The position numbers were made by a program, and so were the translations under genes. A stretch of 59,223 bases of DNA from an uncultured Oscillospiraceae bacterium (GTDB lineage: Bacteria > Bacillota > Clostridia > Oscillospirales > Oscillospiraceae), in the NCBI GenBank assembly GCA_964462775.1, contig CAYWZB010000001.1:1-59223 (forward strand), in the 5' to 3' direction. The notes beneath the pieces are model-generated. The model was not told the origin of the DNA, ran no database searches, and worked only from the letters and a program-made list of their open reading frames with translations. Shown here in pieces: positions 1-7,601 of this stretch (positions are counted from its first letter, which is position 1; the number at the start of each line of letters is the position of its first letter).

Positions 1-100
1 GCCGTGTCTACTTTTTTGCCATTTTTAATTTGCGCAATTTATTGTACCTTATCGGAACGGACCCAAATACGAGTTCCTCCACTATGTGCTAAAAACAAAT

Positions 101-138
101 AAAAATCGGCTGATTTTACTCCAAATCAGCCGATTTTT
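101..138 (-). terminator. Intrinsic terminator downstream of tRNA-Pro
   Basis: Perfect 16-bp inverted repeat AAAAATCGGCTGATTT / AAATCAGCCGATTTTT with a 6-nt loop, abutting the tRNA CCA end. Confidence 0.8.
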
Positions 139-213
139 GGTCCGAGTGGGGAGATTCGAACTCCCGGCGTCTTGAACCCAAATCAAGTGCCCTACCAACT
201 GGGCCACACCCGG
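138..213 (-). tRNA. tRNA-Pro (anticodon TGG)
   Basis: Reverse complement CCGGGTG TG GCCC AGTTGGTA GGGC A CTTGA TTTGGGT TCAAG ACGCC GGGAG TTCGAAT CTCCC CACTCGG A CCA folds as a 76-nt cloverleaf with C1:G72, A73 and encoded CCA. Confidence 0.95.
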
Positions 214-387
214 ATATGTGATTGTTTGAAATGACCCTCAGAAATATTTCCGTTCCAATTGTGGTCAAATAAGTGGTCACTGAACCACTGCTGGGGCTGA
301 AATTGAGTGGGGGGAACAGGGATTTGCTTAGTGTCCCAACGGGTTTTGCATTTGAGATTTTAACAGGTTTATAGTCATCTGTCAATC

Positions 388-426
388 TCCCAAATCAAGT
401 GCGATACCAAACTTCGCTAAGCCCGG
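388..426 (-). pseudogene. Orphan 5' half of a second tRNA-Pro(TGG)
   Basis: Reverse complement CCGGGCTTAGCGAAGTTTGGTATCGCACTTGATTTGGGA gives the acceptor 5' strand, D-arm (GCGA/TCGC) and anticodon 5' stem plus loop. Similarity stops after the anticodon loop, with no T-arm. Confidence 0.8.
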
Positions 427-472
427 GAATGTGGAATTGGCGTTGAACAGAAGGGGAGATTCAACAGGTGAC

Positions 473-501
473 ATTATACATGAGCGGCGGGGAAAATGCA
501 A
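473..501 (-). promoter_or_regulatory. sigma-A promoter for the tRNA locus
   Basis: On the minus strand TTGCAT (501-496), 17 bp, TATAAT (478-473). Confidence 0.7.
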
Positions 502-534
502 CCAAAACTTTTTGCCGGAAGGGACAAAAGGGGT

Positions 535-563
535 TTGTGTTTTTGAGCGTGGCGCGGTATAAT
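535..563 (+). promoter_or_regulatory. sigma-A promoter of the TraX-family gene
   Basis: TTGTGT, 17 bp, TATAAT, followed by an AGGAGG RBS. Confidence 0.6.
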
Positions 564-584
564 GGGGGAAAAGGAGGGATTGCC

Positions 585-1280
585 GTGAAAAAGGGCGGAA
601 GATGGGGGCTTAGTCAGGAGGGGCTGAAGCTCGTTGCCTGCGTGAGTATGCTGCTGGATCATATCGGGGCGGTGTTCCTGCCGGGGTATTATACTTACTA
701 TACCCTGCGGATCATTGGGCGGATTGCGTTCCCGATTTACTGCTTTTTGCTGGCGGAAGGGGCGTTTTACACCCGCAACAGGAGAAAATACGCCTTTCGG
801 CTGGGGATTGGGGCGGTGCTTTCGGAGCTGCCCTTTGATCTGGCGTTTTACGGCGGTGTGACCCTGTCGCACCAGAGCGTGATGCTGACCCTGCTGCTTG
901 GCTTGGGGGCACTGAGCCTTGGACGTAATCGCCACCCGGCCATTCGGATTCTGATTACCCTGCTGCTGGCAGGGGCGGCGGAGTGGCTGAACACGGACTA
1001 CGGCGCCTGGGGCGTGCTGATGATTGCGGCCTTTGGCCTGAGTCGGGAGATCGGCGGCTCCAAATGGATCACGGCGGGGCTGCTGGCTGCCATCTGCTTG
1101 ATGATGGACAGCGCCCGGGTACCCTTTCTGGGGAACGTGCCCATTGAGCTGTTTGCCCTCGGGGCGATGGTACCCATTGCCCTCTATTCCGGGGAGAAGC
1201 GCACCGCCGGAAAGGGGATCGGCAGGGCGTTCTACAGCTGTTACCCCCTGCACCTGCTGGTGCTGTGGCTGCTGGCCTGA
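585..1280 (+). CDS. traX: TraX-family membrane protein (pilin acetylase-like)
   Basis: LKLVACVSMLLDHIG...IGRIAFPIYCFLLAEG...SELPFDL...DYG...FY..YPLHL motifs; multi-TM; GTG at 585 with GGAGGG RBS (ORF track starts at 468). Confidence 0.85.
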   Translation: MKKGGRWGLSQEGLKLVACVSMLLDHIGAVFLPGYYTYYTLRIIGRIAFPIYCFLLAEGAFYTRNRRKYAFRLGIGAVLSELPFDLAFYGGVTLSHQSVMLTLLLGLGALSLGRNRHPAIRILITLLLAGAAEWLNTDYGAWGVLMIAAFGLSREIGGSKWITAGLLAAICLMMDSARVPFLGNVPIELFALGAMVPIALYSGEKRTAGKGIGRAFYSCYPLHLLVLWLLA

Positions 1281-1299
1281 GAGAATAAGAAAAATCATG

Positions 1300-1335
1300 A
1301 ATCGTGTCGGGGCGTAAGCTCCGGCACGATTTTTA
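1300..1335 (+). terminator. Intrinsic terminator
   Basis: ATCGTGTCGGGGC-GTAA-GCTCCGGCACGAT hairpin followed by TTTT. Confidence 0.75.
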
Positions 1336-1522
1336 TGTTCCTAAATTTGGAAAGTTACGCATACCAAAGCAAGCCCGCTTGAAGAATGGATAAAGGAACA
1401 GTACAATATCCAGAGGCAGACTTCGGATGCAGGTTGTCCCATCAAATAATTATTGGGAAAATTTAAGTGTTTTTCTGTTTTTTCGCGTACTATATATGAC
1501 CGGTTAATCCACATGGCAAGAG

Positions 1523-2068
1523 GTGAATTTTTTGAACGACGAAAGAATCATAACAGCAATCAAAAATCGAAACGAGGCTGCAATCAACGAAGTGATCACA
1601 AAATATGCGAAACTCTTATGGTTGGTTGCGGGAGCGGTTTTGCATCCTGTCGGATCAACGCAAGATGTCGAGGAATGTGTTGCCGATACATTCATTTACC
1701 TGTGGGAACATCCGGAAAAATATGATTTGCAGCGTGGGAAACTGAAAACATGGCTTGCCATCGTTGCCCGGACGCAGGCGGCAAACCGATGTCGAGAGAT
1801 TGCAAAACGAAACCTTGTTCCGCTCGAGGACACGGATTTCCTAGGGCAACTCGGCATTGTTGATACCTTCCTGGAAACCGAAACCCGCAGAGCGTTGCTT
1901 GCGGCGATAAATGCGCTGGGGGAACCGGATCGTGAAATTTTGATCCGCCGATATTATTATGAGCAAAAACCGAAAGAGATTGCGCTTGCGCTGGATATTA
2001 GCGTGAAACAGGTGGATAACCGACTGTATCAAACCAAGCGGAAACTACGCAAAGCGCTTTCTGACTAA
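1523..2068 (+). CDS. ECF-type RNA polymerase sigma-70 factor
   Basis: 181 aa; region 2 (DVEECVADTF..LW...KTWL..ART) and region 4 HTH (EIALALDISVKQVDNRLYQTKRKLR). Confidence 0.92.
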   Translation: MNFLNDERIITAIKNRNEAAINEVITKYAKLLWLVAGAVLHPVGSTQDVEECVADTFIYLWEHPEKYDLQRGKLKTWLAIVARTQAANRCREIAKRNLVPLEDTDFLGQLGIVDTFLETETRRALLAAINALGEPDREILIRRYYYEQKPKEIALALDISVKQVDNRLYQTKRKLRKALSD

Positions 2069-2083
2069 ACAAAGGAGGCCGGT

Positions 2084-3334
2084 ATGGATTCATTTAATAA
2101 AGCAAATTTGCAAAATATCAAGACTATTTTTGAAGAGAAAACAGGTGCTGATTTAGATGTCCGGCAACATCGGTATCCAATGAAAGCGGCAATGTTAGTG
2201 GCTGCGATATTACTTTGTGGTTTTACGATGACGGCATTTGCTTTCCGTATCTTTTCGCCGTTATCCGGAGATGAGCTTAGTCTCTGCGCCGCCTACGAGG
2301 GCGATGGGATTGTGTCCATCCAGGTGGAGAATCAATCCGACAGGACTTTACGTTTCCAGAAACAGCTGAAATTGATGCTGTGGTCTGCCGACAAGGAAAT
2401 TGAGCCGGTTTCCGATGGGATTGTTTTTGATAGAACAGATTTTGAAGCGCATACCAATGGGGTCATGACGATTGATCTTTCGAAAGCGTACGATATGGAT
2501 TTTCTGGAGCAGCCGCTTACCAATGACCATTATTATTTCGTGCTGACGAACAATTATTTTCTGTTTGGGCAGGACTGGATGTGCTTGGTTTCCTTCGCTG
2601 AACCTGTTGAAACGCCTGTAGATGTGATCACCCCCATCACACCGGTTGAGGCTGATGAGAAACTTGTGGCAAAGGTTATGGAGCAGCTTCAGCCTTATTT
2701 TGACTATGATCTGACTGACCCTGCGGAGCGAAACAGGATCGCTTCTGAATATTTGACAAAGTGCGGGGAATTGATTGGCAACTTGCGCTGCAACGTAGTG
2801 ACCTCTGATTCTCCTATGCTGCTTGTCGAACGCCGGAATCCTTCGATTGTTTTCGATGATACGGTTCCGCTGGATCAGCAATATTGCCTCGTTGGGCAGA
2901 ATTGGCATACGTCGGATGGTTTCGGTATCCCTGTTGGTTCCACAGATACGGAAAGCGCATTGGTATTAAGTGCGTATATCCCCCAACGCAAGGGCGAAAC
3001 CGATGGAGGAGCAGAGATTCCGCTGATCTACATCTTTGCATATGATGTCAATCATGCCAATGACCCCACCAATTACGCATTCATCCATGGCCAGCTTTTA
3101 ACGTTTGCGGAAATGGCTGCGTACAAGGTTTATGAAGATGGGCAATATGTTTGCTATGAGGTAACGGATCTGTTTTATACCGACCTGCGCCAGTATGTGG
3201 AAAGTATGGTCGGTCAAAGATCCGATGTCTATTTTGACGAGCAGATTTGGACGCGTGTGCAAAACATTTATCACTACTATACGGATAAAGAGGAACTCAG
3301 CAGCCGCTTTTTCTACAAAGAGATTCCCGGTTAG
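2084..3334 (+). CDS. Membrane-anchored protein, putative anti-sigma/sensor partner of the ECF sigma
   Basis: AAGGAGG RBS, 15 bp after the sigma gene; short N-terminal tail, one TM segment (AAMLVAAILLCGFTMTAFA), large acidic extracytoplasmic domain. Confidence 0.7.
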   Translation: MDSFNKANLQNIKTIFEEKTGADLDVRQHRYPMKAAMLVAAILLCGFTMTAFAFRIFSPLSGDELSLCAAYEGDGIVSIQVENQSDRTLRFQKQLKLMLWSADKEIEPVSDGIVFDRTDFEAHTNGVMTIDLSKAYDMDFLEQPLTNDHYYFVLTNNYFLFGQDWMCLVSFAEPVETPVDVITPITPVEADEKLVAKVMEQLQPYFDYDLTDPAERNRIASEYLTKCGELIGNLRCNVVTSDSPMLLVERRNPSIVFDDTVPLDQQYCLVGQNWHTSDGFGIPVGSTDTESALVLSAYIPQRKGETDGGAEIPLIYIFAYDVNHANDPTNYAFIHGQLLTFAEMAAYKVYEDGQYVCYEVTDLFYTDLRQYVESMVGQRSDVYFDEQIWTRVQNIYHYYTDKEELSSRFFYKEIPG

Positions 3335-3360
3335 AAGTTATTCTCTCTGGATTTTATGAC

Positions 3361-3391
3361 AATGGGGGCAGGCGATGAGCCTGACCCCATT
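3361..3391. terminator. Hairpin between convergent genes
   Basis: AATGGGGGCAGGC-GATGA-GCCTGACCCCATT. Confidence 0.55.
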
Positions 3392-3432
3392 ATTTCTGAC
3401 AGAACCGAAAAGGATCCTTTTGTGCGGTGATT

Positions 3433-4104
3433 TTACAGCTTTTGCACCACGGCGAACATCAGACTGTCAAAATCCGGGAGAGAGGCGGTGATGCCTGATT
3501 CCAGGATCTGAAGACCGTTGCGGTGCAGCTCCTGACGGAAGGTGGGGAAGGAGACCATTCGGCAGGAGGTTCCTGCCACCAGCATGGGACCGGATTCGTG
3601 TTGGCGTTGCTGCAGGGTGAAGGCCTGGGAGATGTCGCTTTGGTGTTGATGCGTACCGTCCCCCATGGTGCAGATCAGCGCCAGACCGCCGGGTGCCAGA
3701 TGATCCCGGATAAAGCGGTAAAAGCCGTCCCGATCCTCGTCTGGAACCAGCATATGGATCACGGCCACGCTGTAGATGAAATCAAACCGGGCATCCAGCG
3801 GATCCGACAGGACATCCAGCACGGAAAAACAATTCCGGAAGGCAGGAATGTTTTCCTGACAATAGGCAACGGCTTCCGGGGAAATGTCCGTGGCGGACAG
3901 GGAAAAGCCCGCTTCCAGCACGGCTTTCGCATCCCGTCCCTCGCCGCAGCCGATTTCCAGCAGGGCGTGGTTGGGAGTGAAGTGATAGCATCGGAGAATT
4001 TCCAGAACGATGGGGCTGCTCCGGTCACTGCTCCAGCTGACCCCCTGCGCGTGGGCGGTTTTGTAGCGCTCGTCGTAGGCGGCGTAGTATTTTCGGATAT
4101 CCAT
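3433..4104 (-). CDS. Class I SAM-dependent methyltransferase
   Basis: LLEIGCGEGRD motif I, ATDISPEAV, FDFIYS, LAPGG. Confidence 0.9.
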   Translation of the reverse strand: MDIRKYYAAYDERYKTAHAQGVSWSSDRSSPIVLEILRCYHFTPNHALLEIGCGEGRDAKAVLEAGFSLSATDISPEAVAYCQENIPAFRNCFSVLDVLSDPLDARFDFIYSVAVIHMLVPDEDRDGFYRFIRDHLAPGGLALICTMGDGTHQHQSDISQAFTLQQRQHESGPMLVAGTSCRMVSFPTFRQELHRNGLQILESGITASLPDFDSLMFAVVQKL

Positions 4105-4111
4105 AAGCAAC

Positions 4112-5035
4112 TTATCCTTTCAGAAGAAAGTCCGCGATACAGCGGCAGGCGGCTTCGGCGGTGCCGTTGGCGGATTCGTGGAGCAGATCGTGCCGGGCGC
4201 CGGGGAAGAGGCGGAGGGTCACGTTGGTCAGACCGGCCTTGTGCATCTGCTGATGCACAGAGCGGACACCCTTACCGCTGCTGCCCACGGGATCGTCCTG
4301 ACCGGACAGCAGCAGGATCGGCGTTTTGCAATCCCAGCCCAGATAGGCCTGGCGGCGGCCGGTGCGCTGCATGGAGCCGAGAAGCTCATAAAACAGTCCG
4401 GAGGAGATGTCCCTGCGAACCAGCGGATCGGCCAGGTATTGATCCAGAGACTGCGGATCGGCGCAAAGCCAGTCGGCCTCCGTGCGGTTTGGGCGGAAGC
4501 TCTGGTTGTAGGTGCCGAAGGACAGCTGACGCACCAGTGGCGTTGTCTGGTCGAAGCCGGCCTTGCGGATTTGACTGCGGACGATGCAGCGGATGGCGGA
4601 AAGCACACCGCTGCTCTGGTGTCCGGTGCCCATGATGATGGCGCCGGCGATGCCGTCGGGGTATTGCCCCAGATACTCCCGAAGCAGGAACGAGCCAAGG
4701 GAGAAGCCCAGCAGGTAATGGGGAACTCCGGGGAAGCGGCGGTGCAGATGGGTGAAGAACAGGTGCATATCCGCAAGGGAGGCTTCCCAGCCCCCTTCCC
4801 GGAAAGAAGCGACGCGGGGATCGCCGGGGTTGCTACCGTGTCCCCGCAGGTCAAAGCCTGCCACGGCAATGCCCAGGGGCAGCAGGCTCTGGGCGAAGGC
4901 TTCGTAGCGCCCCATGTGCTCGGTCATGCCGTGGGCGATTTGCAAAACGGCCTTCACCTCGCCCTCCGGCATCCAGAGCACGGCAGCCAGAGCTGTGCCG
5001 CCCTGACTGGAGAAGGAAAAATTGGTTCGGTTCAT
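4112..5035 (-). CDS. Alpha/beta hydrolase, lysophospholipase/monoacylglycerol lipase family
   Basis: QIAHGMTEH, DLRGHG, GFSLGS nucleophile elbow, GQDDPV, GARHDLLHE. Confidence 0.9.
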   Translation of the reverse strand: MNRTNFSFSSQGGTALAAVLWMPEGEVKAVLQIAHGMTEHMGRYEAFAQSLLPLGIAVAGFDLRGHGSNPGDPRVASFREGGWEASLADMHLFFTHLHRRFPGVPHYLLGFSLGSFLLREYLGQYPDGIAGAIIMGTGHQSSGVLSAIRCIVRSQIRKAGFDQTTPLVRQLSFGTYNQSFRPNRTEADWLCADPQSLDQYLADPLVRRDISSGLFYELLGSMQRTGRRQAYLGWDCKTPILLLSGQDDPVGSSGKGVRSVHQQMHKAGLTNVTLRLFPGARHDLLHESANGTAEAACRCIADFLLKG

Positions 5036-5097
5036 AAAGCTCCCTCCTTTTTATGTCCTCATTGTATCACACCGATGGGTTTGGGGAAAGTCCTCAC

Positions 5098-5126
5098 TTG
5101 CTTTTTTTCGGGAAAAACGTTACTAT
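5098..5126 (+). promoter_or_regulatory. Putative sigma-A promoter of phoB-phoR
   Basis: TTGCTT, 17 bp, TACTAT, upstream of an AAGGAGG RBS. Confidence 0.5.
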
Positions 5127-5151
5127 GTAAGAAAACAAAGGAGGTGCCGGT

Positions 5152-5832
5152 ATGATTTGGTGTGTGGAAGATGATCCCAGCATTCGGGAGTTGGAGACCT
5201 ACGCCCTGAACAGCACGGGGCTGGAAGCCCGGGGCTTTGAAGATGGGCAGACTTTTTGGGAGGCGCTGCAGCAGGAACAGCCGGAGCTGGTGATTTTGGA
5301 TGTGATGCTGCCGGAAATTGATGGTGTGGAGCTGCTGAGCCGGATGAAGGCCAGCACCCGCTTACGGGAGATTCCGGTGATTATGGCCACGGCCAAAGGA
5401 ACGGAATTTGACAAGGTGCGCTCTCTGGATCTGGGGGCGGATGACTATCTGGTCAAGCCCTTCGGCATTATGGAAATGGTGTCCCGGGTGAAGGCGGTGC
5501 TCCGCCGGTGCCGTCCCAGGGCGGAGGATAACCAGCTGCGGCTGAAAGGGCTGGTGGTGGATCCCCAGCAGCACACGGTGCTCATCGACGGCGAGCGGGT
5601 GGCGCTGACCTTCAAAGAATACGAGCTGCTGAAACTGTTTTTGTCCCATCCCGGGGTGGCGTTCAGCCGGGAGCAGCTGCTGCGGCAGGTGTGGAACACG
5701 GAATACGCCATGGAGACCCGGACGGTGGATATGCACATCCGAACCCTGCGGCAGAAGCTGGGCAGCTACGGCCGGATCATCGAGACGGTACGCAATGTGG
5801 GCTATCGTTTGGAGGGTAAGCATGACCAGTAA
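5152..5832 (+). CDS. phoB: OmpR/PhoB-family response regulator
   Basis: VEDD...LDVMLP...GADDYLVKPF receiver plus winged helix (RTVDMHIRTLRQKL...TVRNVGY); phosphate-transporter context. Confidence 0.9.
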   Translation: MIWCVEDDPSIRELETYALNSTGLEARGFEDGQTFWEALQQEQPELVILDVMLPEIDGVELLSRMKASTRLREIPVIMATAKGTEFDKVRSLDLGADDYLVKPFGIMEMVSRVKAVLRRCRPRAEDNQLRLKGLVVDPQQHTVLIDGERVALTFKEYELLKLFLSHPGVAFSREQLLRQVWNTEYAMETRTVDMHIRTLRQKLGSYGRIIETVRNVGYRLEGKHDQ

Positions 5833-7456
5833 GATATTTCGCTCCACGGTGGTGGTGGCGGTGGTGGTGCTGCTGTGCAGCCTCAGCGTGGTCATGGGCG
5901 TGCTGTACGATCATTTTACGCAGGTGCAGGTGGAGCAGCTGAAAAGCGAGCTGAGCCTGGCAGTCACCGCCACGGAACAGTATGGCAATGCCTTCCTGGA
6001 AAATGTGGAAGCGGAGGAGTTTCGCCTCACCTGGATCGACCGGCAGGGGCAGGTGCTCTTTGATACCCGGGTGGATGCCTCCACGCTGGAAAATCACGCG
6101 GATCGGGAGGAAATTCGTCAGGCGCTGGAAACCGGTGCCGGAAGTGCCATCCGCACCTCCTCAACCCTGATCAAGCAGACCTTCTATGAAGCCAGAAGGC
6201 TGAAAGACGGCACGGTGCTGCGGATTTCTGCCAGCCGGGAGACGGTGCTGGTGCTGCTGCTGGGGATGGTCTGGCCGGTGCTGCTGATTGCGGCGCTGTC
6301 CATTGTCCTGTCCGCCTTTCTGGCCAAGCGAATGGCAGACCGGATCGTGGAGCCGCTGAATGCGCTGGATCTGGAGCAGCCTCTGAAAAATGACATTTAC
6401 GAAGAAATTTCCCCCCTGCTGCGCCGGATTCACAACCAGCACCGGCAGATTGCCCAGCAGATGGAGACGCTGCGGCGGAAGGCGGACGAGTTCGCTCAGA
6501 TCACGGACAATATGCAGGAGGGACTGGTGCTGCTGAGCAGCGAGGGGAAGATTCTCTCCATCAATCCCACCGCCGGGCGGCTGTTTTCCCCCGGGGAGGA
6601 CTGCGTGGGCAGGAATTTCCTGGCGGTGGAGCGCAGCGATGCCGTACGCACGGCGGTCAATGACGCCCTGGACAAGGGGCGGGGCTATGCCCGGCTGAGC
6701 CGGGGCGGGCGGGAATATCAGCTGGATCTGAGCCGCATTGCCTCCGATGGCACGGTGATCGGCGCGGTGGTGCTGGCCTTTGACATTACGGAGCGGGCCA
6801 ACGGCGAACAGCTGCGCCGGGAATTTTCCGCCAATGTCTCCCATGAGCTGAAAACGCCCCTGCAGGGAATCCTGGGCAGCGCCGAGCTGCTGGAAACGGG
6901 GCTGGTCAAGCCCGAGGATGAGAAGCGCTTCCTGGGGAACATCCGCCGGGAAGCTGCCCGGCTGGTGGATCTGATCCAGGATATCATCCGCCTGTCCCAG
7001 CTGGACGAGGGCGTGGAGCTGCCCAAAGAACCGGTGGAACTGCTGGAGCTTGCCCGGGAGGTGCAGGAGGTGCTGTCCGCCGCCGCGGAGGAGAAGGGCG
7101 TCACAGTGGAGGTGGTTGGCGACGGATTTTCCGTGGAGGGTGTCCGTCGGCTGCTGTATGAGATGGTGTACAATCTGTGCGACAATGCCATCAAGTACAA
7201 TACCCCCGGCGGCAGCGTCCGGGTGCGGGTGAGCGGCCGGGAGCTGGAGGTTCAGGATACCGGCATCGGCATCCCGGCAGAGCATCAGGATCGGGTGTTT
7301 GAACGGTTCTACCGGGTGGATAAGAGTCACTCCAAGCGCTCCGGCGGCACGGGACTGGGACTGTCCATCGTCAAGCACACCGCCGCCTGCCATGGTGCCC
7401 AGCTGCGTCTGGAAAGCGCCCCTGGACAGGGCACGATCATCACCGTGACGTTTTGA
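5822..7456 (+). CDS. phoR: PhoR-like sensor histidine kinase (2 TM, PAS, HisKA, HATPase)
   Basis: EFSANVSHELKTPL H-box, NLCDNAIKY, DTGIGI, FERFYRVDKSHS, GGTGLGLSIVKH; ATG at 5822 overlaps the upstream gene end. Confidence 0.9.
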   Translation: MTSKIFRSTVVVAVVVLLCSLSVVMGVLYDHFTQVQVEQLKSELSLAVTATEQYGNAFLENVEAEEFRLTWIDRQGQVLFDTRVDASTLENHADREEIRQALETGAGSAIRTSSTLIKQTFYEARRLKDGTVLRISASRETVLVLLLGMVWPVLLIAALSIVLSAFLAKRMADRIVEPLNALDLEQPLKNDIYEEISPLLRRIHNQHRQIAQQMETLRRKADEFAQITDNMQEGLVLLSSEGKILSINPTAGRLFSPGEDCVGRNFLAVERSDAVRTAVNDALDKGRGYARLSRGGREYQLDLSRIASDGTVIGAVVLAFDITERANGEQLRREFSANVSHELKTPLQGILGSAELLETGLVKPEDEKRFLGNIRREAARLVDLIQDIIRLSQLDEGVELPKEPVELLELAREVQEVLSAAAEEKGVTVEVVGDGFSVEGVRRLLYEMVYNLCDNAIKYNTPGGSVRVRVSGRELEVQDTGIGIPAEHQDRVFERFYRVDKSHSKRSGGTGLGLSIVKHTAACHGAQLRLESAPGQGTIITVTF

Positions 7457-7457
7457 A

Positions 7458-7495
7458 AAAAGCGCCGCCTGGGAAATGCTCTCAGGCGGCGCTTT
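7458..7495 (+). terminator. Terminator hairpin after phoR
   Basis: AAAGCGCCGCCTGGG...CTCAGGCGGCGCTTT. Confidence 0.75.
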
Positions 7496-7558
7496 ACATA
7501 CATTTTACACAGGCTATACATGGATTTCGTGGTTTTTGTTTCCGTGGCAGTCTATAAT
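7493..7558 (+). promoter_or_regulatory. Pho-box array and -10 element of the Na/Pi transporter promoter
   Basis: TTTACA (7493), TTTACA (7504), TATACA (7515) at exact 11-bp period; TATAAT at 7553-7558 with no good -35. Confidence 0.75.
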
Positions 7559-7601
7559 GGGAACTGTCAAGAAAAAGAAACGAAAGAAACGAGGATCTTG
7601 T

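Noticed and set aside
116-385. 89-aa minus-strand ORF
   Set aside because: Runs through the tRNA-Pro gene and its terminator; no RBS or protein motif.
585-1280. Conjugative element implied by traX next to a tRNA
   Set aside because: No integrase, relaxase, coupling protein or VirB4 in the window.
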